Source: Cyanobacteria bacterium P01_D01_bin.156 (GTDB lineage: Bacteria > Cyanobacteriota > Cyanobacteriia > Phormidesmidales > Phormidesmidaceae). From it: a stretch of DNA of 64,000 nt. The stretch covers positions 1-64,000 of the forward strand of contig JBCCQQ010000016.1 of the NCBI GenBank assembly GCA_039024555.1, in the 5' to 3' direction. The position numbers were made by a program, and so were the translations under genes. The notes beneath the pieces are model-generated. The model saw only the letters and a list, made by a program, of their open reading frames with translations. It searched no databases and was not told the DNA's origin. Positions 39,723 through 51,100 of this stretch are shown here, piece by piece; within the stretch, counting starts at the first letter, position 1, and each line of letters begins with the position of its first letter.

Positions 39723-40064
39723 TAATTTTTGATAGGGCCATCTCCTCAATAAATTGGCCATAGCAGACTCTTCAGTATTTCTTACTAGGTCCCGACGTAA
39801 TTACAAAACTAAGAATACTTAATTTGACTTTTATTGATACCGAAGGACAAGTTTAGGGAAAACAGTATTCAGAAGACTGTTCTAACTATTGTTGTATAAC
39901 TATTTTGCACAGGCTTTTGTTATCAATGCACCGTGCATTTGGTAACTAAACCTAATGGGTAATCCAGCATTTTCTCATTTCGTTCGTTGAAACGATAATT
40001 CTCTCCCGTTAGACAGAAAAACACTACAGACACTACAGATTGATCTGGATGGAGGATAGCTAAT

Positions 40065-41777
40065 ATGGCCTTAGATTACTTTGCGCCTGGTGTATACGTT
40101 GAAGAAGTCGATCGCGGTAGTCGCCCCATTGAAGGGGTGAGTATGAGCGTTGCTGGTTTTGTGGGCTTCACCGAAGATGTGCGCGGCGATGCCGAACTGT
40201 TCGAGCCCATGATGATCACCAATTGGGCGCAGTATCTAGAGTTTTTTGGTAAACCTGGCTCCGATGGTTTTACTGATTTTGGGGCCTATCTTCCCTTTGC
40301 GGTTCAAGGCTGGTTTCTAAACGGCGGTGGCCGCTGCTGGGTTGTTAGCATTGGTACTCAGCTACCGGGTTCTCCTAAGCCTGTGGCCGCAGACCATGCA
40401 ACAAAACTGATTACCTCCAGTGGTAAGCCTTCTCTTTCTTTCTATCTCAAGGCTTCTGAGTCAGAAGAAGGGGGTACTTTGGCCCTGCCCTCTAGCACCG
40501 GTCGTCTGACGGTCAGTGTCTTGGATGGTGGCCCCAAACCTCTGCCTGAGGATGCTCCTGAAGATGCGGACCCCCCCCTTAATAATGGCGAATATTTTAC
40601 CGTTGTGGTGAGAAACGGGGACGACATTCTTGAGCGGTATGATCACCTGACCATGAACCCAGAGGCGGAGACGGCGCTAGCAGACTATGCTGTTGCCCAG
40701 CTGGAATCTTCTGAGTATATTGTCATTGGCGATATTTCCCAGTCGGGTCAGGCCCTCTCCCGTCGTCCGGCCAACGGCTCTTATGAAATTGCACCGCCTC
40801 CCTATGTCGGTGAACCCGATCGCTTTAACCGCGATCTCCAAGGAAATCGTGATGACCGTACCGGTATTCAAGGTCTATACGAGATTGATGAAGTCTCCAT
40901 GGTGGCCTGTCCCGATCTGCTCCTAGCCTATGAGTGTGGTTTGATCGATATTGACCAGGTACACGGTGTCATGGAAATGATGCTGAGCATGTGTGAGAAT
41001 TCCTTCCCTGGACCGGCTTATCGGATGGCCGTGATTGATCCTCCTCCGGTGAAGCCTGGGAAGAGCATGACTCCCGTTGACCCCAGCCGTCAGCGCCCTG
41101 CGGATGCTGCTAAATGGTTGAGCATGTTCAATCGTCGCTCCATGTTTGGTGCTACCTATTATCCCTGGATTAAGGTGGCTGATCCTCGCAACGGTGGACG
41201 TCCCAAGCTGGTTCCTCCTTCTGGCCACATGATGGGTATTTGGTGCCGCACCGATGAGTCTCGCGGTGTGTTTAAGGCCCCTGCGAACGAAACTCCTCGG
41301 GGTGTGATTGGTCTGGCCTACGAGACCAATATGCGCGAGCAGGAGTTGTTGAACCCCTTAGGCATTAACTGTATTCGTAACTTTGCTAGTTACAACCGTG
41401 GCTTAAAAGTGTGGGGGGCTCGTACCCTGGTGGAGCCCGACAATGTACAGTGGCGCTACATCAGTGTCCGTCGGTTGTTGAGCTACATCGAGAAGTCCAT
41501 TGAAATCGGGACCCAGTGGGTTGTTTTTGAGCCTAACGATCCAGATCTGTGGGCTCGGGTTACTCGCACCGTGAGTAATTTCCTAGAAAGACTCTGGCGA
41601 GAAGGAGCTTTGTTTGGCTCATCTCCTTCTGAATCGTTCTACGTAAAGTGTGATGGTGAACTGAATACCCATGACACAATTATGCTAGGCCGACTATATG
41701 TGGAAGTTGGTGTCTGCCCCGTGAGACCGGCAGAATTTGTAATCTTCCGCATTAGTCAGTGGGCTCCTAACCAGTAA
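40065..41777 (+). CDS. CIS contractile tail sheath protein
   Basis: APGVYVEEV..GSRPIEGV, YYPWI, PPSGH..G, KAPANE, VWGARTL, YISVRRL, WVVFEPND, PVRPAEFVIFRI. Confidence 0.97.
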   Translation: MALDYFAPGVYVEEVDRGSRPIEGVSMSVAGFVGFTEDVRGDAELFEPMMITNWAQYLEFFGKPGSDGFTDFGAYLPFAVQGWFLNGGGRCWVVSIGTQLPGSPKPVAADHATKLITSSGKPSLSFYLKASESEEGGTLALPSSTGRLTVSVLDGGPKPLPEDAPEDADPPLNNGEYFTVVVRNGDDILERYDHLTMNPEAETALADYAVAQLESSEYIVIGDISQSGQALSRRPANGSYEIAPPPYVGEPDRFNRDLQGNRDDRTGIQGLYEIDEVSMVACPDLLLAYECGLIDIDQVHGVMEMMLSMCENSFPGPAYRMAVIDPPPVKPGKSMTPVDPSRQRPADAAKWLSMFNRRSMFGATYYPWIKVADPRNGGRPKLVPPSGHMMGIWCRTDESRGVFKAPANETPRGVIGLAYETNMREQELLNPLGINCIRNFASYNRGLKVWGARTLVEPDNVQWRYISVRRLLSYIEKSIEIGTQWVVFEPNDPDLWARVTRTVSNFLERLWREGALFGSSPSESFYVKCDGELNTHDTIMLGRLYVEVGVCPVRPAEFVIFRISQWAPNQ

Positions 41778-41885
41778 GGTTTAGCGGAGAATCTGAGAAT
41801 CTCCAAACACTCCCATTCCCTCCTTTGCTCTCCTTTTTAGGGGGGGATGAAACAAACGCCATTACTGCAAACGCCGTAAAACAAT

Positions 41886-41972
41886 GCCGTTGCTGATTTA
41901 GAGGATGAAACGATCTATAAAACTGATCAGTTGTCTAGATATGACAAATCCATCCCGAGGATCAGCAACGCC
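41886..41972 (+). mobile_element. 87-bp MITE-family copy upstream of the first tube gene
   Basis: GCCGTTGCTGATTTAGAGGATG ... CATCCCGAGGATCAGCAACGCC; A-rich degenerate TSD. Confidence 0.8.
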
Positions 41973-42007
41973 AAAAAAAATCAACAGAATGATAAGGAGG
42001 TAGACTC

Positions 42008-42505
42008 ATGTCTGATCTAACTAAACCCATTGCCCCCAGTAGTTTTTACATAGAACTTGCTGGTGTGTGTGAAGGAGAACAGTCCGTTTTCAAAAATGTT
42101 AATATTCCTGACTATGCCCCTAAGGTTCAAGGGGGACAGCAGGCCATTGGCACCACTAAGGGGGGTAAAACCATTTGGCAGGTGAATACCGCAGGTTTTG
42201 AAGGGTTGTTTAATTTTGACTGTGTGTGTATTGCCAGCGGCGATGGTGATAGCACCAGTAAAAAGCTCTATGAATGGTTCGAAAATTGTTTACCCGCTTC
42301 CAATGGGGGCAAAAGCAACTGGGGTGGCAATAAAAAAGAAGGCAGTATTACTGCCTACGACACTGACGGCAATGAAGTTGCTAAGTGGATGTTTGTTGAG
42401 GCTTGGCCTTCTAAGTATAAGTGTGCCGATCTCGATGTGAGTGCTGATGCTTATATCGAAGAGACTTACACCATTACCTGCGAGAAATTTAATCGGGTTT
42501 TGTAG
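42008..42505 (+). CDS. T4 gp19-like tube protein 1
   Basis: FYIEL, LYEWF, GSITAYD..G.EVAKW.F.EAWPSKY..DLD...IEE; strong AAGGAGG RBS. Confidence 0.88.
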   Translation: MSDLTKPIAPSSFYIELAGVCEGEQSVFKNVNIPDYAPKVQGGQQAIGTTKGGKTIWQVNTAGFEGLFNFDCVCIASGDGDSTSKKLYEWFENCLPASNGGKSNWGGNKKEGSITAYDTDGNEVAKWMFVEAWPSKYKCADLDVSADAYIEETYTITCEKFNRVL

Positions 42506-42527
42506 TGGACCTTTAGGTAAATCAGGA

Positions 42528-42578
42528 GCCGTTGCTGATTTAGGGGATCAAACAATCCATTTGAGGATCAGCAACGCC
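42528..42578 (+). mobile_element. 51-bp internally deleted MITE-family copy
   Basis: GCCGTTGCTGAT...GGATCAGCAACGCC; flanks AATCAGGA / AATCAAGA (7/8 TSD). Confidence 0.8.
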
Positions 42579-42605
42579 AATCAAGAAAATAGTTGAGAAC
42601 AGATC

Positions 42606-43088
42606 ATGGTTCAATATTGTACAAATTCAAAATTTTACTTCGAGATTGATGGTGTCACAGGTTTATCAGTGAAAACCTGTACCGGTCCTGAGATTGAGCT
42701 TGAGGTAGCAGGTGGCGATACTGCCATCGGTGTGACTAAAAATGCCATTACCCAAACCCAATCCACCATCGGCGGTGTGAAATACAACAGCACCATTACC
42801 CTCACCTATGTAGCGGGTAACGAATCTGATCACCAAAAACTATCGGACTGGTACAACGATTGTCATCCAGATACTTACTCAGGTGGTGGTTCCAAAGCCA
42901 TGGACAGTCGCAAAACAGGCTCTCTCGTGGTTTATAATCCCAATGGTGAAGAGGCCATGCGCTATAACTTTATCGATCTGTTTCCAGGAACCAAAAAACA
43001 AATTGGTAGCCTTTCGGTAGACAGCGGCGGCAGTCTGGCTGAAGATACTCTGGAGCTATACTTCACCCAGGTTATTCGGGCAGCTTAG
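42606..43088 (+). CDS. T4 gp19-like tube protein 2
   Basis: FYFEIDG, LSDWY, RKTGSLVVYN..G....RYNF...FP. Confidence 0.85.
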   Translation: MVQYCTNSKFYFEIDGVTGLSVKTCTGPEIELEVAGGDTAIGVTKNAITQTQSTIGGVKYNSTITLTYVAGNESDHQKLSDWYNDCHPDTYSGGGSKAMDSRKTGSLVVYNPNGEEAMRYNFIDLFPGTKKQIGSLSVDSGGSLAEDTLELYFTQVIRAA

Positions 43089-43093
43089 CGACT

Positions 43094-43618
43094 ATGTTTC
43101 CTGAGATTTTAACCAAGGCCCGCTTTTATTTAGAACTTAGGCTGGATGGTAGCGTTGACCTGATTGATGGTTATTTTATGGAGTGTAATGGCTTCCAGCG
43201 ATCGCAAGATGTGATTGAGATCTGTGAAGTCACTCCCCAGGTATGGGGTCAGCAGGGCCGCAGCCACGGCCATGTAGTTCGTTCCAAAATTCCTGGTAAC
43301 AGTTCTTACACCAACATTACCCTCAAACGAGGGCTAACGGTATCTACCGCTTTTTGGGACTGGATGGATACCATCGGTGAAGGCAATTGGGATGCCCAAC
43401 GGCGCAATGGAGCCTTGTGTATCTATGGGCAATCTGGTCTCGAACAGTTTCGATTTGAGTTTACCGGAGCTTGGCCCGTTAGCTACAAAATCTCTGATCT
43501 CGATGTTAAGGGCGCGGATCATAATGTCGAAGAAGTGGAGATTGCTGTAGAGTCGCTCAAGCGAGTATCCGATGAATGGATGTTAGGAGCCGCTGCCCTG
43601 AGTATGGCCATGAGCTAA
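43094..43618 (+). CDS. T4 gp19-like tube protein 3
   Basis: FYLEL, FMECNG, NITLKRG, FWDW, RRNG, F.FTGAWPVSY..SDLD. Confidence 0.9.
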   Translation: MFPEILTKARFYLELRLDGSVDLIDGYFMECNGFQRSQDVIEICEVTPQVWGQQGRSHGHVVRSKIPGNSSYTNITLKRGLTVSTAFWDWMDTIGEGNWDAQRRNGALCIYGQSGLEQFRFEFTGAWPVSYKISDLDVKGADHNVEEVEIAVESLKRVSDEWMLGAAALSMAMS

Positions 43619-43754
43619 CAACCTGGAAAAGAGACTATTTCCGCCCCGTCTGCACAGGGCAGGGCGGTATCAACATTGACTCCAACCATCGCCAACTTCT
43701 CTTCAAAAGAGCCTGTACTGTCCCCTCTGCTAAACCTTTTTCTCTTAAGGAACC

Positions 43755-44180
43755 ATGGTTGCTATTCAAATTTCGAATGACTTGGGGCTACCGTCACCAA
43801 AGGCAAAGCCCTCTATTCAGCCCATTGTCTCCCCCCCGGTAAACATCCCCGATAGTCCACCAAAACCATCGGTTAGTGTAACCTCTGGCCTAAGAACAGA
43901 ATTCACGTTTGAACTGCCCACAGGCTATGCCGACGCCACAGGACAGCTGCATCATCGAGGTGTCATGCGTCTGGCCCGCACCGTAGATGAAATTGAACCC
44001 ATGTCTGATCCACGGGTCCAGGCCAATCCGGCCTACGCCACCGTGATTATTTTGGCACGGGTGATTTTATCCCTGGGTTCGCTGCCAGAGGTGAGCCCCA
44101 TTGTGATTGAGCACCTGTTTGCAGGCGATCTTAACTACCTACAAAACTTCTACCGAGAGATTAATAATCTGATGGAGTAG
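43755..44180 (+). CDS. Phage tail assembly chaperone-like CIS protein
   Basis: TEFTFELPTGY.D..G..H..GVMRLA...DEI.P..DPRV..NPAY...ILARVI...LF..D..YLQ.FY..IN. Confidence 0.8.
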   Translation: MVAIQISNDLGLPSPKAKPSIQPIVSPPVNIPDSPPKPSVSVTSGLRTEFTFELPTGYADATGQLHHRGVMRLARTVDEIEPMSDPRVQANPAYATVIILARVILSLGSLPEVSPIVIEHLFAGDLNYLQNFYREINNLME

Positions 44181-44183
44181 ACC

Positions 44184-44447
44184 ATGGCACAGTTAGATTT
44201 GGGGACCGGAGCTGAGCAAGCAACCTTTTTGCCCCCCAATGGTTCGATTTCTAATCCAGTGGGGTTTGTGGGGCCAGCGATTTTGCAAAGCACCCATACT
44301 TTAGAGGTGAAACGCATGATGGCGAAAGTGGCGGTACAGTTAGCCAATGATCCGATGGCGATGGAACAGTTTTGCGATCGCATCCACCAGTTACTTCGGG
44401 ATGACCTGCAAGCCCAACAAGAACGAGCCAGTGGGAGACGCCATTAA
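44184..44447 (+). CDS. Small CIS protein (87 aa) with a C-terminal helix motif shared with the giant protein
   Basis: Coupled ORF; C-terminus FCDRIHQLLRDDLQAQQERASG. Confidence 0.7.
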   Translation: MAQLDLGTGAEQATFLPPNGSISNPVGFVGPAILQSTHTLEVKRMMAKVAVQLANDPMAMEQFCDRIHQLLRDDLQAQQERASGRRH

Positions 44448-45043
44448 TGTTTAACGAGCTACTTGCCGCCAACCAGTTAGGCACCTCTATCTATGGTGAT
44501 CTATACGGCGACAGCCGCAGCACTACGTCCAACGCCGCCGATTACATCACCACCAATCGATTTTACGTAGAAATTGAAAGCAAAATCACCGCCTGTTTTA
44601 CCGAATGCAGTGGCCTAGGCGTCACCATTAACAGAGAAACTGTTGCTGAAGGAGGACTCAATGATCAACAACGAATTTTACTCGGAACCCCTGAGTTTAA
44701 GGACGTCACCCTCAAACGCGGCATTAGCGGCAATCAAGTGTTCTGGGACTGGATTAGTGCACTATTTCAACCCCGTACCTCAGGGACCAGTCTCAACCAA
44801 TACCGACGCAACATTAACATTTTGGTCTTTAACCAGGCCGGACACACTCAACAATGTTGGACCCTGATTGGTGCAGTCCCAGTGGGGTGGCAAGCACCTT
44901 CTCTCCAGGCCGATGGTAGCGCTGTTGCCATTGAAGAACTCACCTTGGCCTATGAGGGGTTAAATGTCACCTTTGGCAGCGGCGGTGGTGGTGCCACTAT
45001 GCTAACCAGTCGTTCTGACACCGGGTACTTTGCGAGTAAATAG
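44447..45043 (+). CDS. T4 gp19-like tube protein 4 (possibly Afp5-like tube initiator)
   Basis: NRFYVEI..ACFTECSGL..EGG.N..DVTLKRG..FWDW..RRNI..W.LIGAVPVGW..P.L.A..AIEELTLAYEG. Confidence 0.9.
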   Translation: MFNELLAANQLGTSIYGDLYGDSRSTTSNAADYITTNRFYVEIESKITACFTECSGLGVTINRETVAEGGLNDQQRILLGTPEFKDVTLKRGISGNQVFWDWISALFQPRTSGTSLNQYRRNINILVFNQAGHTQQCWTLIGAVPVGWQAPSLQADGSAVAIEELTLAYEGLNVTFGSGGGGATMLTSRSDTGYFASK

Positions 45044-45113
45044 GGCTGCGCGATGTCAAAGCTAAAGGTTGATTCTAGGACAGGATGTGGTGGGTAGGAA
45101 ACAAAGTTAAATA

Positions 45114-48100
45114 ATGGCAAAATCTCTAGGCCATACATCCCCATTAGGTATCGCTCGTTCCCTAGGCAGTTGGGTCCAAAGACGTTCGTTGGGGTCTATC
45201 CCCCTATCGATCCTTGATCTAAAAACATTTTATCCTCAAGGTTTTCCTGTTGTCCCTTCAGATAATTTAACAACACAACCTGTAGAAACAACATCTAGCG
45301 AAAACACGGTTGCTCGTCAGGTCGATGCTGCCCCTCTCGAAAACGCAGCAGCTCAGAAATCTTTAGCTTCCGCAGAGCCAGCAGTTCCCTTCAGAAATCA
45401 ACTGCAGCATTATTTTTCATCTGAGGCAACAGCTCCAAAGAACAATGTAGATAACGTCTCTAACCAAACCAGAGTCAATAGGAGCATACTCTCTGAGAGC
45501 GTATCACCACCTACTGATATCCCCGCAGAGGCACAAACAAACCAGACTTCTGCAACGCCGCCGCAAGATGATTCAAGGCTAGCTCAAGAAAATCCTGTAC
45601 AAGCTACTGAAACTGACCATAGTCAGCGCTTGGCTGCCAATATTTTCCCAGCAGTACAAAATACAGATGTTGGTAATTCTTTCCAATCTCCAACCGTAGA
45701 AGTCCCAGCAGCATCCTCGGTACAGTCTGACAGCAGTGCTATACAGCGAACAGTATCTGACACTATTGAGTCATTCACTGCAGACGATATTTCACCTCAG
45801 ATTACTAACAACAGTAACCATACTCAATTTTTAACCGAGGATTCTCCAAACCCTACTAAGCAGTCCAATAGCGAAACGATAGAATCTGCTGCTACGTCTG
45901 ATGAGATTACGACATCAGACGACTCTCACAACAGCTCTAAAAGTCCGGGCGGAACTACTCAATTCTTGTCAGAAGAAAATCTTTCAGAATCTTTAATACA
46001 GCCTAAAAGTAAACCTGTACAACGAACACCATCTGACAATATTCAGTTATCGGCTACAGACAGTGTTTCACTATCGAGCACAGATAAGCTAAATCCTGTT
46101 CAATCTCTTACAGAAAGTCCTCAACGAGGATCTGTAGACCAGTCTGAGCATGAAACTATACAACGTACTATCTCGCCTCAGAAGCGGACTACGGAGAGTT
46201 CTCAACAGCCTTTTACACATACGGCGAAAGGGAATCAATCCCTGCAAAAGAGCTCTCAATCAGAGCTAATAACACAGTCCGATGGCAATAAACATATATT
46301 GTCGCAGACTCCAGCAGACAAGCCTCAGTTAGACTCTTTTTCATCATCTAATGATAACAGTAGTCATTCCTCTGTGGCCAATAGTTCTCAATCATCAGTT
46401 TCTGAAATTGCTCAATCGATTCATAATCTACAGCCACCTTCACATCAGCCCAATCCTCTACAGCGGGTGACGAGCAATTCATCATCACCACCTACTCCAG
46501 GTACTGCACCCAGCAATACATTGCCACCTATTGGACCGACGCTCACTGATATTAATCAGTCCATTCAAAGTCTGCGCAACCCCACACTGCAGCGAGCGAC
46601 TGATTTGCCTCATAGCAGCAGTACAGAAAATCAGGCACCATCATCAAACACTCAAGCTACAACCTCTGTATCCAAAGAACAACTTTCCCATCATACTGCT
46701 CCAGCAAACTCTACTGATGTGGAACAGTCCGCTATTCAAAGAACCCAAGACAGTTTAGAATCGTCACCGCCTGAAACCGTTTATCCTGCGAGTTCAGCGG
46801 ATAAATCGTTACCAGATCAGCAAAGCTATCTACAGAAACAAACGCTGTCTGAGGCACCATCAATCGAGCAAACGCAGTCAGTTAACGTTGAGTTTACGAC
46901 ACTTCAGCGAACGTCTGATCGAAGTAAGTCCGGCACTATAGAATCATCCCCAGCATTACCAACAAACGAAACTCACCCATCTTTTATGAGTGACGCATCT
47001 GGGGACATTTTTCCAGACGTGGGCAATATTCAGCGGCATACATCTGATGACAGAAGAATATCTGTACAACAATCGACTGCATCAGATACATCTGACGTTT
47101 TACAAACTACCTCTGCCAATCTAGAGCAGAAGAATATAAATAACAGACCATTTTTATCTAACGCCATCTCATCAGAGTCTGTCCAACGTTCTTTAACAGA
47201 ATCTGGCACCAGCCAAAACAGTACAACGAGTGTAGATGAGGCGTATCCTTCCACCCAGAACCCAGCAAGACAGTCTGTATCTACAGAGAGTTCTGCAGTT
47301 GCCCGTACAATTGAGGCGAATACACAGATTCAAAAATCGGAGAATCATTCGGCCCAGAGCTCCGCAGATAGTAAGTTGGGTTTGCATCAGGGCTCAAGTA
47401 GCAGTGAATCTAAAACTGACTCATTAGATAGTATTCAAGGGACTATCGCCTCAATAGAAACAGCCTCAAATACTGACGCTGTTAGACTTCAGCGTCAAGT
47501 TTTCGAGCAGTCTGTTCCTGAAGATACGCCTGAATTGTACCGTGCTGGTGATCAATTTACCTCTGAGACAGCTTCTGAGGATACTTTTCAAAAGGCCAAT
47601 GTTTCGTCGAGTGAAGCTCCGGCAAATTCTATCCAACGGTCAGAGGATGCCCAATCTACGCCTAGCTCCAGCTTTAGCACTTCTCAGGAAATCACTACTG
47701 ATAAGGCTACATCAGTTCAACGAACAACTCAGTCTGAATTAAATCCAATACCTGATACCGAAAAATCTGCAACAGCGCCTTCCTTTACACAACACGATAT
47801 TGATCAAGGCACTAACCAGCCTTTAACATCCCCTAACGACTGGAGAGGTACTGACACGTCTGCTGAGCAAGTTACCCCCCAAACACATCAGTCTAAACCA
47901 GTCATTCAGCGACAGTCGGGTGATACCCATTCAGATACTAGTTTGCCCACTCAGAATTCCAGTCTGGAGATTCCTAATACTTTACGAACAGACAGTCAGT
48001 CGATCGCAAACGCGTCAGAACTGTCTACACAACAGACAGATGTAACTGTACAACAGGCTTCTAATACTGCAGAAGTTAGTCAGGCCCATGCAAAAGATGC

Positions 48101-51100
48101 TTTAGAGGGAAGTGCGATCGCATCTACCTTCCACCAGCAAAGTAGCCCTACACAACTTCAACGCTCTATATCAATTGATAATTCACAGCCTACGGAAATA
48201 CCTGTTACTCAGAATAAGGAACATAGGTTATCTAACCTTGAACCGTTATCAACCTCGGCTCATCAAACCGTTGTACAACAGTCTATCGAAACAATAGCTC
48301 ACGAAATAAAAGACCTACCTGTACAAAAACAACCTGTTAGTTCGGTAGAGGATAGTGAGATCGCACCCTCTCCTCCTCATTTAATAGAAGCATCAACGGA
48401 GGCTATCTCAGAAATTCAAAGATCTCCACAGCCAGCTAACTTAGGAAAGATATTTGGAGATATCTCACCCGTTGAAATATCCTCAGACCGTCAGATATCT
48501 AGCTTAGATAGCCAGGTTAATTATAATCCTGTTCATAATTCCGCTGAGTTAGTTCAACGAGCTACTGAGGAACATACTGTAAGTACTGAAGACATCCATA
48601 TTCCCCATCAAACCTTCCCTCACTCTGACGAAAGGTCTCAGGAAACCGCAACAAATCTTCCTGCCCAGTCTTCTCCATCAGATTTTGGTAATGCAGATGT
48701 GATTCACCGAGAATTAGAATCACCTGAGTCCATATCCCACAGCCACAGCCAACCGGACTCTGCTCAGCCTGTCACAGTCAATCCTGTAGATGGCTATATT
48801 TCTCAATCACAAGCCCTATCTCAAGATGTAACCCTACAGCGCTCATTAAATGAGAACACGATATCAGCTGTAGAGTCTGAATCCTTTAACGCTTTAACAG
48901 TATCTAATCAAAATCTTTCCAAGACAACAACTGGTCAGATTTCTATTCAAAGGAGTATCGAGCAGACTAATACCGTAGAGCCTGACTCCTTTGAATCTTT
49001 GACGGAACTCGATCAAAACCCTTCTAGTACGATAGCTGACCAGACTTCGCTCCAAAGAAACCCTGAGCATATTAGTACTGTAGAATCCGACTCCTTTACA
49101 TCTTTAACGTTACCTGATCAAAACTCTTCTAATACAACAGCTGGCCAGACTTCTATTCAAAGAAGCCCCGAGGATATTAATACTGCCGTAGCCGCCGAAA
49201 CCATATCTACATCAGAGGCTTTTTCTCCGTTACCTGATCAGACAGCAACCTCTCCTGCCCAACCTGTTTCTTCTTCACTACAACGATCGGTAGACTCTGC
49301 TACAGCTGCTTCCACTAATAGAGAGGCTAGTAATGCCTTATCCCAAGACACTTTCTCAGGGGAATTGGATGCCTCAAACGTACTCAGCGTCGATGACGTT
49401 ACGTCAAATACTATTCAACGATCAACCAATGGGTCTGTGGAGTCTCAACAAAAGCTATTATCAACGGACAATTCGTTGCTTGACTCACCCGTTTTGGGCC
49501 AGACTTCAGCTTCTCCAGACTTACACCAACCTGTTGCTAAGGCTCATGACATTACAACAGATGCCATCCAGCGATCAATCAATACACCTATCGATTCTCA
49601 GCAACAGCAACCATCGACACTTACCACGACTGCGGATAGCAAACATTCTCCAGAGTTAAGACAGTCAGAAAATTCACAAAATCTTCCTAACACTGTCGAT
49701 CTTGCCCATACTCTTCAGCGTCAAGCCGATAGCTCGACAGAGATTTCCTCACACCCAAGTGATGTTAAACCGACTATCACAGATGATAAGCAAACCGATG
49801 CCCAGATTGACTCACCCAAACTAACTGACAGACAAGGAGCCCACCCATCCCATGGCCAGGAAATTGCTATTCAGCGAGAACCGAGCGACTCGATAGATGG
49901 TGTTGTTGGCCACATGTTGCAGGATTCATCGATACAGTTTGAAGATCTTGATGGCAGCGTTACTTCCATAGAACCCAACCAGCCTATAACGTCGGTTGTT
50001 CCTAATACGTTAGAGAATACATCTGATACTCAAGTACAACGGTCTTTGTCTCCTCAGCAAACGAATACAAAGATCCAACCATCTGAATCCAGTATCAGTC
50101 AATCAACTGAGGTAGCAGATCTTAGTCAAGGTTCTAGCACAGATGCACCAAACCCTAGCAAAGTGCAGCGCTCCTTAACTGAACCTGGCAGACAGGATAT
50201 AGATATATCGGCTCAGGAAATAGCAAAGTCTCCATCAACAGCCTCCCAGACGATTTCTTCAGAGACAGCAGACGTTAGTAACTTTCCACCACTTTCAGAG
50301 GTTCTATCTGCGTCCTCATCCATCGAACAACCTATGCAGGATGAAGCGACCACCCATCCATGGAGCGCCTATCAAACAGATTCAACTCACATCAGCCATA
50401 GCCAGCCTGGCCAAGATACTGTTCAACGAGCTAGCGATCGCAACTCCCCCATAAGCAACAACCCCTCCCCTAGCGAACCGTTACGGTCCCATTCCCCACA
50501 GACAGCTCAACCCCGCACTGAAAACAGTACAGATATTAGTCAGCAACCATCAATAGAGGCAAACACCCTTCAGCGCACCTCTACGCCTGGCAATCGTCTA
50601 AACAATCGCCTAGAGCCAACTCCAGTACAAAATATTCCTTTCCAAGAGACTCAAACTACGGAGCCAATATCAGTGTCTGAGTCAGCATTGGAACCTCCAA
50701 ACACAGTCCAATTTGAGCATGAGCCATCTGTTCAAGGGGAAATCAACCCAGCACAAACAAATTATTCACAGCCGTCAGGCTCCAGGATACAACGATCTGC
50801 TGAGGGTTTGAATGCCAATAAGCCGCCTTTCATGCAATCATCTTCCCATGAGAATCAACTAACATCTGAAGTCCAGTCTTCAGCAGATTTGAATCCTACA
50901 CAGGGCAACTCTCTACAGAAATCTTCTACGTCTGATGCCATTGACTCTCAGGAATCAATGGAACGTTATCCATCTATTCAATGGGATGCTGACTCCATTG
51001 AGCAAACATTAGATACACAGGACACAACAATAGCCAATAGCCCACAGCAATTATCAGACTCCAGTCGGTTTAGCGAAGATACTTCGAAAATTTCTATTCA

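Noticed and set aside
40021..40038. ACACTACAG tandem duplication upstream of the sheath gene
   Set aside because: Only two 9-bp units; could be slippage or an excision footprint, with no further support
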